Part shown: positions 55,789 through 63,334 of the stretch, one piece after another
Layout: every line of letters begins with the position of its first letter
Numbering within the stretch: position 1 is the first letter of the stretch
Source of the DNA: a virus
IMG/VR virus record: IMGVR_UViG_3300039412_000320
Strand: one strand, 5' to 3'
DNA: 64,000 nt
Notes under the pieces: model-generated
The model's input: only the letters and a program-made list of their open reading frames with translations
The model's database searches: none
What the model was told of the DNA's origin: nothing
Made by a program: the position numbers and the translations under genes

Positions 55789-56631
55789 CTAAAAACTTGG
55801 TCCAGTCGGGAAGAGTCGAACTTCCGTTGTGCGATTATCAGTCGCAAGTTCTACCGTTGAACTAAGACTGGTCTTCAAATTTCCGTGTCTTACAAGCGCA
55901 CGGAACTTCCCGGAACAAGACTGGTTGCAAAACTTCAACTTTCCTTCTTCGTGAGGACGGTCTTTTAGCTCTTGATGGCAGAATCCGCACTCTGCTAGTT
56001 TACACGCCTCGGCTGTCATTCCACCATGTCGCTCCAAAAGTGCCTTACAGCGACGATAGTTTAAGGCATTGCGATTCTTCCCAAGAGACTCCAAGGCTGC
56101 GCCAATGCTACGAGTCTCAAGTAGAGCTACTAAAAGCCGCTCATCAGTTATTTCGTAATCGCCTTTCCTATGACCCCTTCCCCTTCCTTTACCACAGTAT
56201 GTCGGCGTCTGGCTGTGGCAATTAGGGCATAGACCTCGAAGGTTCTCACGCTGATTATTTTGCGTATCCCCGTCAGCATGGTCAACCTGCAACGTCAGAG
56301 GAGTTCCCATCCACTCCTTAATTCCACAACGAGAGCAAGCCTTGTCTTGCTCAACGATAACCCGTTTCTTCTTGCTCTCAACGGTCAAGGAATCAAAATC
56401 CGCTTCCAACAACTGTCTAAGCTTGGTTTGGCTTGAGCGCCGACCCGCTCTTTCCCTGGCCTCCTGACTTACCTTATGACCATAAAGCTTAAGGGATATT
56501 TTTTTGTTCTTCTCCTTCCGATTCTGTGTTGAAACAAAATTTCTAGCACAAAACTCGGAACAGAACCGCCCTGACCCATACGACCCATCATGCTCTTTCT
56601 TGCACTTCTCGTTCTCACATTGAACCACCAT
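55789..56631 (-). CDS. HNH homing endonuclease (ORF reads through tRNA 55808..55881 before reaching a stop)
   Basis: CSRCG...LQVDHADGDTQNNQRENLRGLCPNCHSQ; last 30 codons are encoded by the tRNA sequence. Confidence 0.7.
   Translation of the reverse strand: MVVQCENEKCKKEHDGSYGSGRFCSEFCARNFVSTQNRKEKNKKISLKLYGHKVSQEARERAGRRSSQTKLRQLLEADFDSLTVESKKKRVIVEQDKACSRCGIKEWMGTPLTLQVDHADGDTQNNQRENLRGLCPNCHSQTPTYCGKGRGRGHRKGDYEITDERLLVALLETRSIGAALESLGKNRNALNYRRCKALLERHGGMTAEACKLAECGFCHQELKDRPHEEGKLKFCNQSCSGKFRALVRHGNLKTSLSSTVELATDNRTTEVRLFPTGPSF
55808..55881 (-). tRNA. tRNA gene, apparent anticodon GAU (Ile)
   Basis: D-arm GTTC-AACGGTA-GAAC, anticodon arm TGCGA-CTGATAA-TCGCA, T-arm GGAAG-TTCGACT-CTTCC, CCA encoded; overlaps 3' end of HNH ORF 55789..56631. 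Confidence 0.6.
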
Positions 56632-56672
56632 TATAGTATGCTCCTATAATAGTGGTTCAAAAGTCCAATCTT

Positions 56673-56747
56673 TGGTGCGCCCGGAAGGACTCAAACCTTC
56701 GTGACTCCCCTATCGAGGGAGCATATTCGTCGCTATATGACAGGCGC
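56673..56747 (-). tRNA. tRNA-like gene, atypical (D-loop lacks GG; anticodon loop TCGATAG with C33); apparent anticodon GAU
   Basis: Acceptor GCGCCTG/CGGGCGC, T-arm GAAGG-TTTGAGT-CCTTC, CCA encoded; may be degenerate. Confidence 0.4.
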
Positions 56748-56753
56748 ACAATC

Positions 56754-57113
56754 TTAACCTAATATCCTCTTAATCTCTTCCTCAACTCTCTCCCGGAACA
56801 ACGCAAAGTGCTGCACAAATCCAAGCGGTGGATCACAAGATCCGGGGAAGATATCCACTCCCTCGGGGACCCTGTCGTAGTCCCGCTCATGCGGAACCTT
56901 TCCCATATCCCGGACGATGTGAACAATAGCCGCTTTGGCTCCCTCCGGGCCGAACAACTTCTGCGCCTCTCTCACTCCATGCAGGTTATGGCGCATCCTG
57001 CGGTGCCGGGGGCCGAACTTCCAGAACAATCCATCGACCCACAGGTTGACATCCTCATGCTTATTGCCGAGGATGATTTGACAGTCCATGCAATGCTGCT
57101 GGAACTTCGCCAT
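56754..57113 (-). CDS. conserved-looking hypothetical protein (start at MAKFQQHC)
   Basis: Track ORF begins at GTG 57131 inside terminator T-tract; ATG 57113 preceded by GGGGG; Cys/His motif HCMDCQ. Confidence 0.5.
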   Translation of the reverse strand: MAKFQQHCMDCQIILGNKHEDVNLWVDGLFWKFGPRHRRMRHNLHGVREAQKLFGPEGAKAAIVHIVRDMGKVPHERDYDRVPEGVDIFPGSCDPPLGFVQHFALFRERVEEEIKRILG

Positions 57114-57121
57114 AGAACCCC

Positions 57122-57157
57122 CATAAAACACGAAAGCCGCCAGAAAGAATGGCGGCT
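57122..57157 (-). terminator. intrinsic (Rho-independent) terminator on minus strand
   Basis: Minus-sense AGCCGCCA-ttctttc-TGGCGGCT followed by TTCGTGTTTTAT; 8-bp GC-rich stem plus U-tract, immediately upstream of next gene start. Confidence 0.6.
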
Positions 57158-57164
57158 GCTGAGT

Positions 57165-57470
57165 CTCGGCTTGGTCTTTGTTATGCCAAGCAGGCTCCGC
57201 CGCCTGAACTAATCGTAGTTTGCGTTTGTGTGTGCGGCATGGTGATAGTCAACATTGCGCTTCTCTTTGAATGTCCGGGGCGGTCGCCTAGCGTCCACCC
57301 CGGATGGGTATATCTGCTGTAATTCGCCGGGACCTTGTCCGAGTCCGCTTCGGGGTCTAACCTAACGGGAGGCCCTTTTAAGACCAGCCATTTTTCTGGG
57401 ACAAGAAGGTTCCCGGTTAGGAGTAGAGCCGTAGCTCCCTCCTTCTATATAATACCACCGGTAGTCGGTT
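57165..57470 (-). ncRNA. candidate non-coding RNA / long structured leader (speculative)
   Basis: About 350-nt region without credible start-codon-containing ORF on coding strand; minus-sense extended -10-like TGGTATTAT near 57430; ends at intrinsic terminator 57122..57157. Confidence 0.3.
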
Positions 57471-57478
57471 TTTTGCAG

Positions 57479-57739
57479 TTATTTCTTTCCAAGAGGCACA
57501 AAACCCGACATAGCTTTCTCGAAAAGACCCTTACTGACTTCCGCCACAGCGGCTACGGGGTCAGCCAGTTTCGGGTAAAAAATGCCCTTAGCATGATTGC
57601 ACCCCATGATGAAACCCCGCACCAAAATGCTGTTAACCACCATATAATCCATGGAGGTAGGGTTGCAAAAGTACTCGTCAGTGAGTTTCTCCGACTCCTC
57701 TTTCAATTCTTTCGTGAGGTCATCCATAGTATCCTCCAC
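57479..57739 (-). CDS. hypothetical protein (86 aa)
   Basis: ORF in track; type-A promoter/RBS repeat directly upstream. Confidence 0.5.
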   Translation of the reverse strand: MEDTMDDLTKELKEESEKLTDEYFCNPTSMDYMVVNSILVRGFIMGCNHAKGIFYPKLADPVAAVAEVSKGLFEKAMSGFVPLGKK

Positions 57740-57755
57740 CTACAGTATACCACGT
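57733..57755 (-). promoter_or_regulatory. type-A promoter/RBS cassette, copy 3 (CGTGGTATACTGTAGGTGGAGG)
   Basis: Directly upstream of ATG 57739. Confidence 0.5.
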
Positions 57756-57780
57756 TACGGACGATTTGGAAGGTAAAATT

Positions 57781-58485
57781 CTAAACTTTAATTTCTTCTC
57801 GCATCTGACGGATAAGTTTTCCAATTCGCAGCCACTCCTCGTAGGTGAAGTGGTCGAGCTTAGCTTTATTACAACGGGTACAACTTACTACCAAGTTATT
57901 TTTGGAATATCCAAGCGATGAATCCTTACGGTCAAGGTTTGTCGGTCCTTTCTTACCGACATTCCACTTCGTCCAAGAAACCATGTCCCCACAATAATGG
58001 CAGTTGGATACAACGGTATAAGAAATAAAATCAGCATATGAAAGGTCAAAAGGTACACTGCGTTTAGCTGCACTCTGACGCACCCTGTTATAAAGAGACT
58101 CGAATGGTTGTTTACGGCTTGAAAACCCACGGAAGCATCCACAACTTCTAACTCCATGTATCATCAGCAAGCTTGTTGACTTAACAACCTTGACTTTACC
58201 ACAACCACAACGGCATTCCCATTTGGGGGGCTGACGACTGACCATCCTAAGTGCTATAAGTTTCCCGAAAACCCGCCCGGTTAGGTCTTTAGGGAGTACC
58301 TTCATTCCTAAATTACATCCACAACTCCTTGTTCGCTTGCCACGAAGGCTACCTGTTTGTATTATTTTTGTGGTTCCGCAATCACAGAGGCATAACCATC
58401 TTGTTTTTCCATATAAATTCTCAGCTTTAGATTTAACAACCAACTTTCCAAACCTTACTCCTACCAAATCAACTGGTCTTCCCAT
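57781..58485 (-). CDS. HNH homing endonuclease with N-terminal repeated zinc-binding loops (paralog of 9968..10777)
   Basis: GVRFGKLVVK...WLCLCDCG...SCGC, second module ...WECRCGCG...SCGC, then CHYCGDMV...NLDRKDSSLGY...CTRCNKAK. Confidence 0.8.
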   Translation of the reverse strand: MGRPVDLVGVRFGKLVVKSKAENLYGKTRWLCLCDCGTTKIIQTGSLRGKRTRSCGCNLGMKVLPKDLTGRVFGKLIALRMVSRQPPKWECRCGCGKVKVVKSTSLLMIHGVRSCGCFRGFSSRKQPFESLYNRVRQSAAKRSVPFDLSYADFISYTVVSNCHYCGDMVSWTKWNVGKKGPTNLDRKDSSLGYSKNNLVVSCTRCNKAKLDHFTYEEWLRIGKLIRQMREEIKV

Positions 58486-58517
58486 AGTGTAAAACCCCCA
58501 TAAGAAGATGTGCGTAG

Positions 58518-59096
58518 TTATCTTTTTGTATATTCTTTACAATCTTGGCATTTGGAGCACTCAGCATGATACTGGAATCCATTTTCATCTATAGCTCTGC
58601 GATGTTCACTCGAATCACAGCCACAAATGCATTTGTAGCTGTCATCCACCTCGCCAATGATACGTTTAGCCGGTTCGTCATAAGGAAGAACATCCACTCC
58701 CTGACAGATGAACTTGCCCATGGGAGTGCTGAATACATCGCCCTCCCGGAGGTTGTCGTTGGTTTGGAACTCAGCGTAAAGCTCTCGATAAAGCTGTTCA
58801 GCCAGTTCCAGCCCCTTGACTTCGTTGTGAACGTTCAGCCACGTGTTGGGGGTAGGAACAACAGGAGCATCCTTAATTCCCTCGGAAAGCTCCTCGCCGG
58901 GTAGACCCATGACATACCAGAAGCCTTCCTTATCCTTCTTCACGGGGTATTCTCTCGGGGCGGACCCAGCAGCGGCTTCTTTCAGTTCGGGGATTGACAT
59001 GTATTCCGGGTGGCGAACCAAAGCGGCGGATTTCAAGAAAGACGACTTAAAGTTAAAGGTGGGCATATTCTCCTCACTAAGGAGTTGGGTATCCAT
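58518..59096 (-). CDS. hypothetical protein with Cys/His-rich C-terminus (start uncertain)
   Basis: ORF 58518..59162; C-terminal CICGCDSSEH...HAECSKCQDC. Confidence 0.45.
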   Translation of the reverse strand: MDTQLLSEENMPTFNFKSSFLKSAALVRHPEYMSIPELKEAAAGSAPREYPVKKDKEGFWYVMGLPGEELSEGIKDAPVVPTPNTWLNVHNEVKGLELAEQLYRELYAEFQTNDNLREGDVFSTPMGKFICQGVDVLPYDEPAKRIIGEVDDSYKCICGCDSSEHRRAIDENGFQYHAECSKCQDCKEYTKR

Positions 59097-59526
59097 TGTA
59101 GTAGAGGTCTTTAGCATCCCACTCCCACAAACAAAGCGCTCCCTTGGCTTCCACCGGCTCAATCATTTGGGGATGAGCTAGCCGGAAGCAATACCTGCCC
59201 TTGGACCAGTCTCCAAGGCTGTACTGCACGTAATCCAGCGCCGGGGCGACCTCCGCTACCGGTTGGCAAGTCTCCACGTCCACAGTGCCAATGATACAGC
59301 CGAGGCGGAGCATATCCGGGTCCACGTCGTGCATGGCAAAGCGAGTCAGAAATGGGTCTATGAAACACCCATCGGAGTCAAGAAAATCCTTGAAGTGGTG
59401 CGCCGAGGCGTGAATGCCAACAGTCTGCCCCACAATCTTGCGGTTGGGTCGGCTACGGGTTTCCCATTTCTTCTCCCCGAGGACCACCAGACTTGCCCAT
59501 GGTTCCCGGAGCGTCCAGACTTTCAT
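59077..59526 (-). CDS. ASCH-domain protein
   Basis: MKVWTLREPWASLVVLGEKKWETRSRP...GIHAS matches ASCH N-terminal pattern. Confidence 0.6.
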   Translation of the reverse strand: MKVWTLREPWASLVVLGEKKWETRSRPNRKIVGQTVGIHASAHHFKDFLDSDGCFIDPFLTRFAMHDVDPDMLRLGCIIGTVDVETCQPVAEVAPALDYVQYSLGDWSKGRYCFRLAHPQMIEPVEAKGALCLWEWDAKDLYYNGYPTP

Positions 59527-60136
59527 GCCATCCTATCTTTCCGGCAGGGAAAGCCGCCTCATCCTGTCCGGGGGTCTCGTCGTAGGGCATCCCCCGCAGT
59601 TCATCCTCAATCTCAGATTCAACCGGAGCGACGGGGATATCCGGGAATACCACGTCGGGCGTCGGGTCCTTATACCCGTACATATCGCTCGCTGACCGCA
59701 TACTGTGACCGTTGGGGTAACGCACGTGGTAGGGCGGTATCCGACTCTCCACAGGCGGGGTTTTCACCGGCTTTTTCAAATCTCGTGCCTGCCGGTCAAG
59801 GGACAGGAGAAGGTTGTTTACGGACTTGCTATCCGTGGCCTTAACGTCCCCCCGGTTCACGATGAGCACCGGCTTTTTGAACACGAATGCCATGCCAATA
59901 TCAAACACGCTTCCTTGGCTATCGGCATCGTACCAGATGTGGACTTCGTCGCTGTGCTCCATGGCAAAGCGATTGTCCTCACAAATCTTAAGGGTATCTT
60001 GGGTCTGCAATGTGTCACGGGCAGGCCAGTGTACAGTGTTGCCCTCCGCCTTCTCTTGGAAAGCAACATACTTCGCTATCATTTCGGTCTGCTCGGGACT
60101 CGCATAACGCACAGGACAAATCAGGAAGATTCGCAT
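59453..60136 (-). CDS. Rossmann-like protein resembling nucleoside 2-deoxyribosyltransferase / DUF4406 family (tentative)
   Basis: MRIFLICPVRYASPEQTEMIAKYVAFQEKAEGNTVHWP start resembles M-I-Y-h-G-P openings of that family; start set to internal Met. Confidence 0.35.
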   Translation of the reverse strand: MRIFLICPVRYASPEQTEMIAKYVAFQEKAEGNTVHWPARDTLQTQDTLKICEDNRFAMEHSDEVHIWYDADSQGSVFDIGMAFVFKKPVLIVNRGDVKATDSKSVNNLLLSLDRQARDLKKPVKTPPVESRIPPYHVRYPNGHSMRSASDMYGYKDPTPDVVFPDIPVAPVESEIEDELRGMPYDETPGQDEAAFPAGKIGWHESLDAPGTMGKSGGPRGEEMGNP

Positions 60137-60336
60137 GGTTTCTCCTTCTCCAAAGTTCTTTCCACATACAAGCACCAACCGCAAAACAGGAGGGCTAAAC
60201 CACAAAAATCCCACCACGCCGGACCCATTTCGGTGATGCTGTTAAACCAAATAGTCACGTCGATATACCAGAAGCTAAGCACCGTTGCCGTCATCACCAC
60301 GGTCCGCTCGAAACGAAATAGCGGGGAATCCTTCAT
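60121..60336 (-). CDS. small membrane protein (start at internal MKDSPLFRF)
   Basis: C-terminal part of ORF 60121..60525 has two hydrophobic helices; N-terminal part looks spurious. Confidence 0.3.
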   Translation of the reverse strand: MKDSPLFRFERTVVMTATVLSFWYIDVTIWFNSITEMGPAWWDFCGLALLFCGWCLYVERTLEKEKPCESS

Positions 60337-60601
60337 GCATCTCCTTTTGCTCCTTAGTCCAGTGCTCACAGAACTCGGCAAGGTCCCAAAGGCAACTGGC
60401 GGCAAAAGTGGTGCCTGTCTCGGGATTAAAATTGTACTGCCGCCATGAGGCATAGTACTCCACAGTGCCGAGATAGTTCTCATGCTGCTGAGAAGAGAAA
60501 ACTCCAAAGATTCCCGTCTTCCCACTGGGACTAGGTCCGAGATAAGAGAATTTCAGGTGTTTACCGGTAGCGGTCCAATCGGTTGCAAATTTGAGTGCCA
60601 T
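60275..60601 (-). CDS. hypothetical protein (108 aa)
   Basis: ORF in track; overlaps candidate 60121..60336 in another frame. Confidence 0.35.
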   Translation of the reverse strand: MALKFATDWTATGKHLKFSYLGPSPSGKTGIFGVFSSQQHENYLGTVEYYASWRQYNFNPETGTTFAASCLWDLAEFCEHWTKEQKEMHEGFPAISFRADRGDDGNGA

Positions 60602-60614
60602 ATTCTTCTCCTAA

Positions 60615-61391
60615 TTATATTACCAATTTTTGTCCTCTTTTACTCATTTTGATTAGATAATTTGGGTCAGACCACAACTCCTTTGAAAGCTTACTCATGC
60701 TAGCACGATATTCCGGGTCAGTCCATCGCTTTTTAGCCGCCTCCGACCTTCTAATTTGTTCTTCCGGTTTAGATAGAGCCTCACTGATTTTTTTACCCCT
60801 CTTTGCAAGTCGTTCGGAATCAGACCAGATTTCTTTCCCAATTTTACTTTTTTTAGTTACGACTTCTACTCTAATCTGTGATTTTTTTTGAATTTCAGAT
60901 AGTTTATCCTTAAACTCAGGGTTAGACCACCTTCTCTTAGCAATTTCCGCTTGTTTAGAGCGTTCTTCATCAGCCCATCCCCTTTTCATGGCTTCTGATT
61001 GTCTGATACGAAATTCAGAATCTTCCCACATTTTCTTACTATGGATAGATATTTTTTGACGAGTTTCTTTGGAACATGGCCCCGTGAATCCTTCTCCTCC
61101 TCGGCAAATGTTATAACCATATTCAGGGTCTTGGGCTTTTAGAAACTTGATGAAATCTCGTTCGGTCTCGTCAAGTTCTCCTCGGGTTTGAATGTCAGAA
61201 CGAAGGGCATGAATAGACCATAGGGTAGCTTGTGGGTACTTCCGCATGGCATTAAAAAGGTGGGATTTTCCGTTTTTTTGATGCCTTGCACCAGACAGTT
61301 TCGTTTGAAGATACTTTTTAAGGTTATTTCCCTTATGCTGACCGACATAATATTTGCCGGTCTTATGGTTAACGATGAGATATATGAACAT
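60615..61391 (-). CDS. GIY-YIG homing endonuclease (MFIYLIVNH paralog family, copy 3)
   Basis: MFIYLIVNHKTGKYYVGQHKGNNLKKYLQTK...GYNICRGGEGFTGP; C-terminal repeated W(S/T)DPEY modules. Confidence 0.85.
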   Translation of the reverse strand: MFIYLIVNHKTGKYYVGQHKGNNLKKYLQTKLSGARHQKNGKSHLFNAMRKYPQATLWSIHALRSDIQTRGELDETERDFIKFLKAQDPEYGYNICRGGEGFTGPCSKETRQKISIHSKKMWEDSEFRIRQSEAMKRGWADEERSKQAEIAKRRWSNPEFKDKLSEIQKKSQIRVEVVTKKSKIGKEIWSDSERLAKRGKKISEALSKPEEQIRRSEAAKKRWTDPEYRASMSKLSKELWSDPNYLIKMSKRGQKLVI

Positions 61392-61437
61392 GAACTTTTT
61401 CCTTATAGATACTTTAAAAAGTTCATTTTTCCAGTCG

Positions 61438-61935
61438 TCAACTGATTTTAATCCGATAATCCGGTGTCTGGTTCTCCACCGGACAGAAATCTTGGAAGAT
61501 GGGGATGTGCAGGCGGAAGTTCCCCTTGAAGGTCAACCACCAACCCTTGAGGGGGTCATAGCCGCTGGCAAGCAGAATCATAGGACCGGCAGACTCGGGC
61601 GGCTCGGCCTCGGGGACGGCGATAACGTAGGTGCGGGCGAGATAGTAAGAGGGATTGTAGGGAACATTGACGAACTGTCCCCACCCCCGGCGCTTGCCTA
61701 CGAACTGATTGAGGAATAGGTTAAACTGGGCGATGACCGAAAGGGAGCCGATGTCCACGGTTCCCACCCCCCATGGGGAGCCGGTCGCCATGAGAATCTG
61801 TTGTCCCCAAAAAGTGGTGGTCTGAACATTCATCTGGACACGTTGCGTAGAGAGAACGACACGATAGCCGGTGTCAACTACGCCATCCGACAACTCCTGC
61901 CATTCTCCCAACTGCACCGCTAAGATGTTCCCCAT
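61438..61935 (-). CDS. hypothetical protein (165 aa)
   Basis: ORF in track. Confidence 0.5.
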   Translation of the reverse strand: MGNILAVQLGEWQELSDGVVDTGYRVVLSTQRVQMNVQTTTFWGQQILMATGSPWGVGTVDIGSLSVIAQFNLFLNQFVGKRRGWGQFVNVPYNPSYYLARTYVIAVPEAEPPESAGPMILLASGYDPLKGWWLTFKGNFRLHIPIFQDFCPVENQTPDYRIKIS

Positions 61936-61942
61936 GAATCTC

Positions 61943-62356
61943 CTACCAACTTGACCAAATCGTGTCCGGGGTCTCCATCAGCTTCTCCAACTCGGCACGG
62001 TTCCGGTGCTCGTCGCACAGCATCCAAATGTGGCAATCCACTTCTACAAACCTGCTGGTCCAAGCCTTGCACACATCGCACTTTCTCTGTGTCCCGCTAT
62101 CCTCGCCCTCACGGTACTTGTGGTCAAGCAGGTATTGCTTGTAGCACTCGCCTGCTTCCTCCTTCGTAGCGTGCCCATCGGTGTGATACTTCTCTTTGAA
62201 CTTCCCATACCGGAGGTTATAGCGCTCCACCTCTCCGTCGCTGAACACTGACCCTTTCTTGAATTCCTCATACGGACGACAATAACCCCACGGGTGACCA
62301 TTACAGGTGAAGTCCCATCTGCCGTCTGTTCGCTGTCGTGCCGTATAGTAGTTCAT
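61943..62356 (-). CDS. hypothetical Cys/His-rich protein (137 aa)
   Basis: ORF in track; ATGA overlap with upstream gene. Confidence 0.5.
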   Translation of the reverse strand: MNYYTARQRTDGRWDFTCNGHPWGYCRPYEEFKKGSVFSDGEVERYNLRYGKFKEKYHTDGHATKEEAGECYKQYLLDHKYREGEDSGTQRKCDVCKAWTSRFVEVDCHIWMLCDEHRNRAELEKLMETPDTIWSSW

Positions 62357-63249
62357 GCTGGCTCCTGTATAAGGAACCGAAAGGGGATAAACTCAATGGG
62401 GTTATTTTCCCGTTTCCTGATATTGTTGCCCATCACGGCAACCGTAAACTCCCAACCAGCATCTTGGCAAGCCCGACCTTTACGGATAATGAGGTCCAAG
62501 TCACGCTCAAACCACTTCCTTGCCTTGACCTCCACAATTGAATTGTGGGTAGGGAGAACCAAATCTGGGTGGTAGCGGCGTCTCCTTCCAGCCTTGTCCG
62601 TGTACCAGAACGATGGCTTGTTACGCCACTGGAAGTCCTGTTCTTTGTAGCCATCATTAAGCATATGGGTAACCACATATGGCTCATAGCCTTGGAGGAA
62701 CACGATTGCCCCGGAGGGAAGGACGAAGACCTTGTGCTTGAAGCAGGAATCCACATTGCGCTGGAAAACATCGGGGTCTTGGATAGGCCAGTCAGTACCA
62801 TATTTAGCTTGACTTGTCATATTTCTCTTCTTCAAGTCCCCACCAAATGTCCCATTTTCCATTCGTGTGGCATTGGCCTTTTCTAACACGCCGGGAATTT
62901 GGCTAATGTGGGTCACCCCGTGACGGGTCTGTAGGGTTTTTTTATACTTATTTTGAACCTTGACAGACCGCATTACCTGTTCAGCTTTGTAGCGTTTCAA
63001 GTTGGTCTTACGACGTTTGGCATCGACAGCGGGGTTCTTGGTGGGCACTGGGACACCATAGTGCTCCATCATAGTGGCAGTATATTTCGCTCGTCCCTTT
63101 TCAATCATAGCAGGACACCCCTGCCATAGACGGGAGCATGTCCAACGTGGTTTATAGGATTTATCAGAGTAAAACTTAGCTGGCTGGCCACAACCCCAAG
63201 CACACTTTTCGGTTTTTGAAGAAATCTCTAGTTCAATCATAACTTTCAC
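62353..63249 (-). CDS. PD-(D/E)XK-family nuclease with N-terminal CxxC and repeated DNA-binding-like modules; possible homing endonuclease
   Basis: YHPDLVLPTHNSIVEVKARK gives PD...EVK signature; N-terminal CAWGCG...WTCSRLWQGCP; three (K/H)(Y/H)GV...P modules. Confidence 0.45.
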   Translation of the reverse strand: MKVMIELEISSKTEKCAWGCGQPAKFYSDKSYKPRWTCSRLWQGCPAMIEKGRAKYTATMMEHYGVPVPTKNPAVDAKRRKTNLKRYKAEQVMRSVKVQNKYKKTLQTRHGVTHISQIPGVLEKANATRMENGTFGGDLKKRNMTSQAKYGTDWPIQDPDVFQRNVDSCFKHKVFVLPSGAIVFLQGYEPYVVTHMLNDGYKEQDFQWRNKPSFWYTDKAGRRRRYHPDLVLPTHNSIVEVKARKWFERDLDLIIRKGRACQDAGWEFTVAVMGNNIRKRENNPIEFIPFRFLIQEPA

Positions 63250-63334
63250 CTCGTATACTAAATACTGTGAAAGTCATCATCTTGTAGTTTACTAAAGGAC
63301 TTACCAAAAACTAAGATAAGTCCTTTAGAATCAA

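Noticed and set aside
57165-57470. About 95-codon open minus-strand frame
   Set aside because: It has no ATG/GTG/TTG start codon anywhere in the open stretch. Treated as an ncRNA/leader candidate rather than a CDS.
57335-57784. 149-aa plus ORF
   Set aside because: Antisense to gene 57479..57739 and the ncRNA candidate region. No SD.
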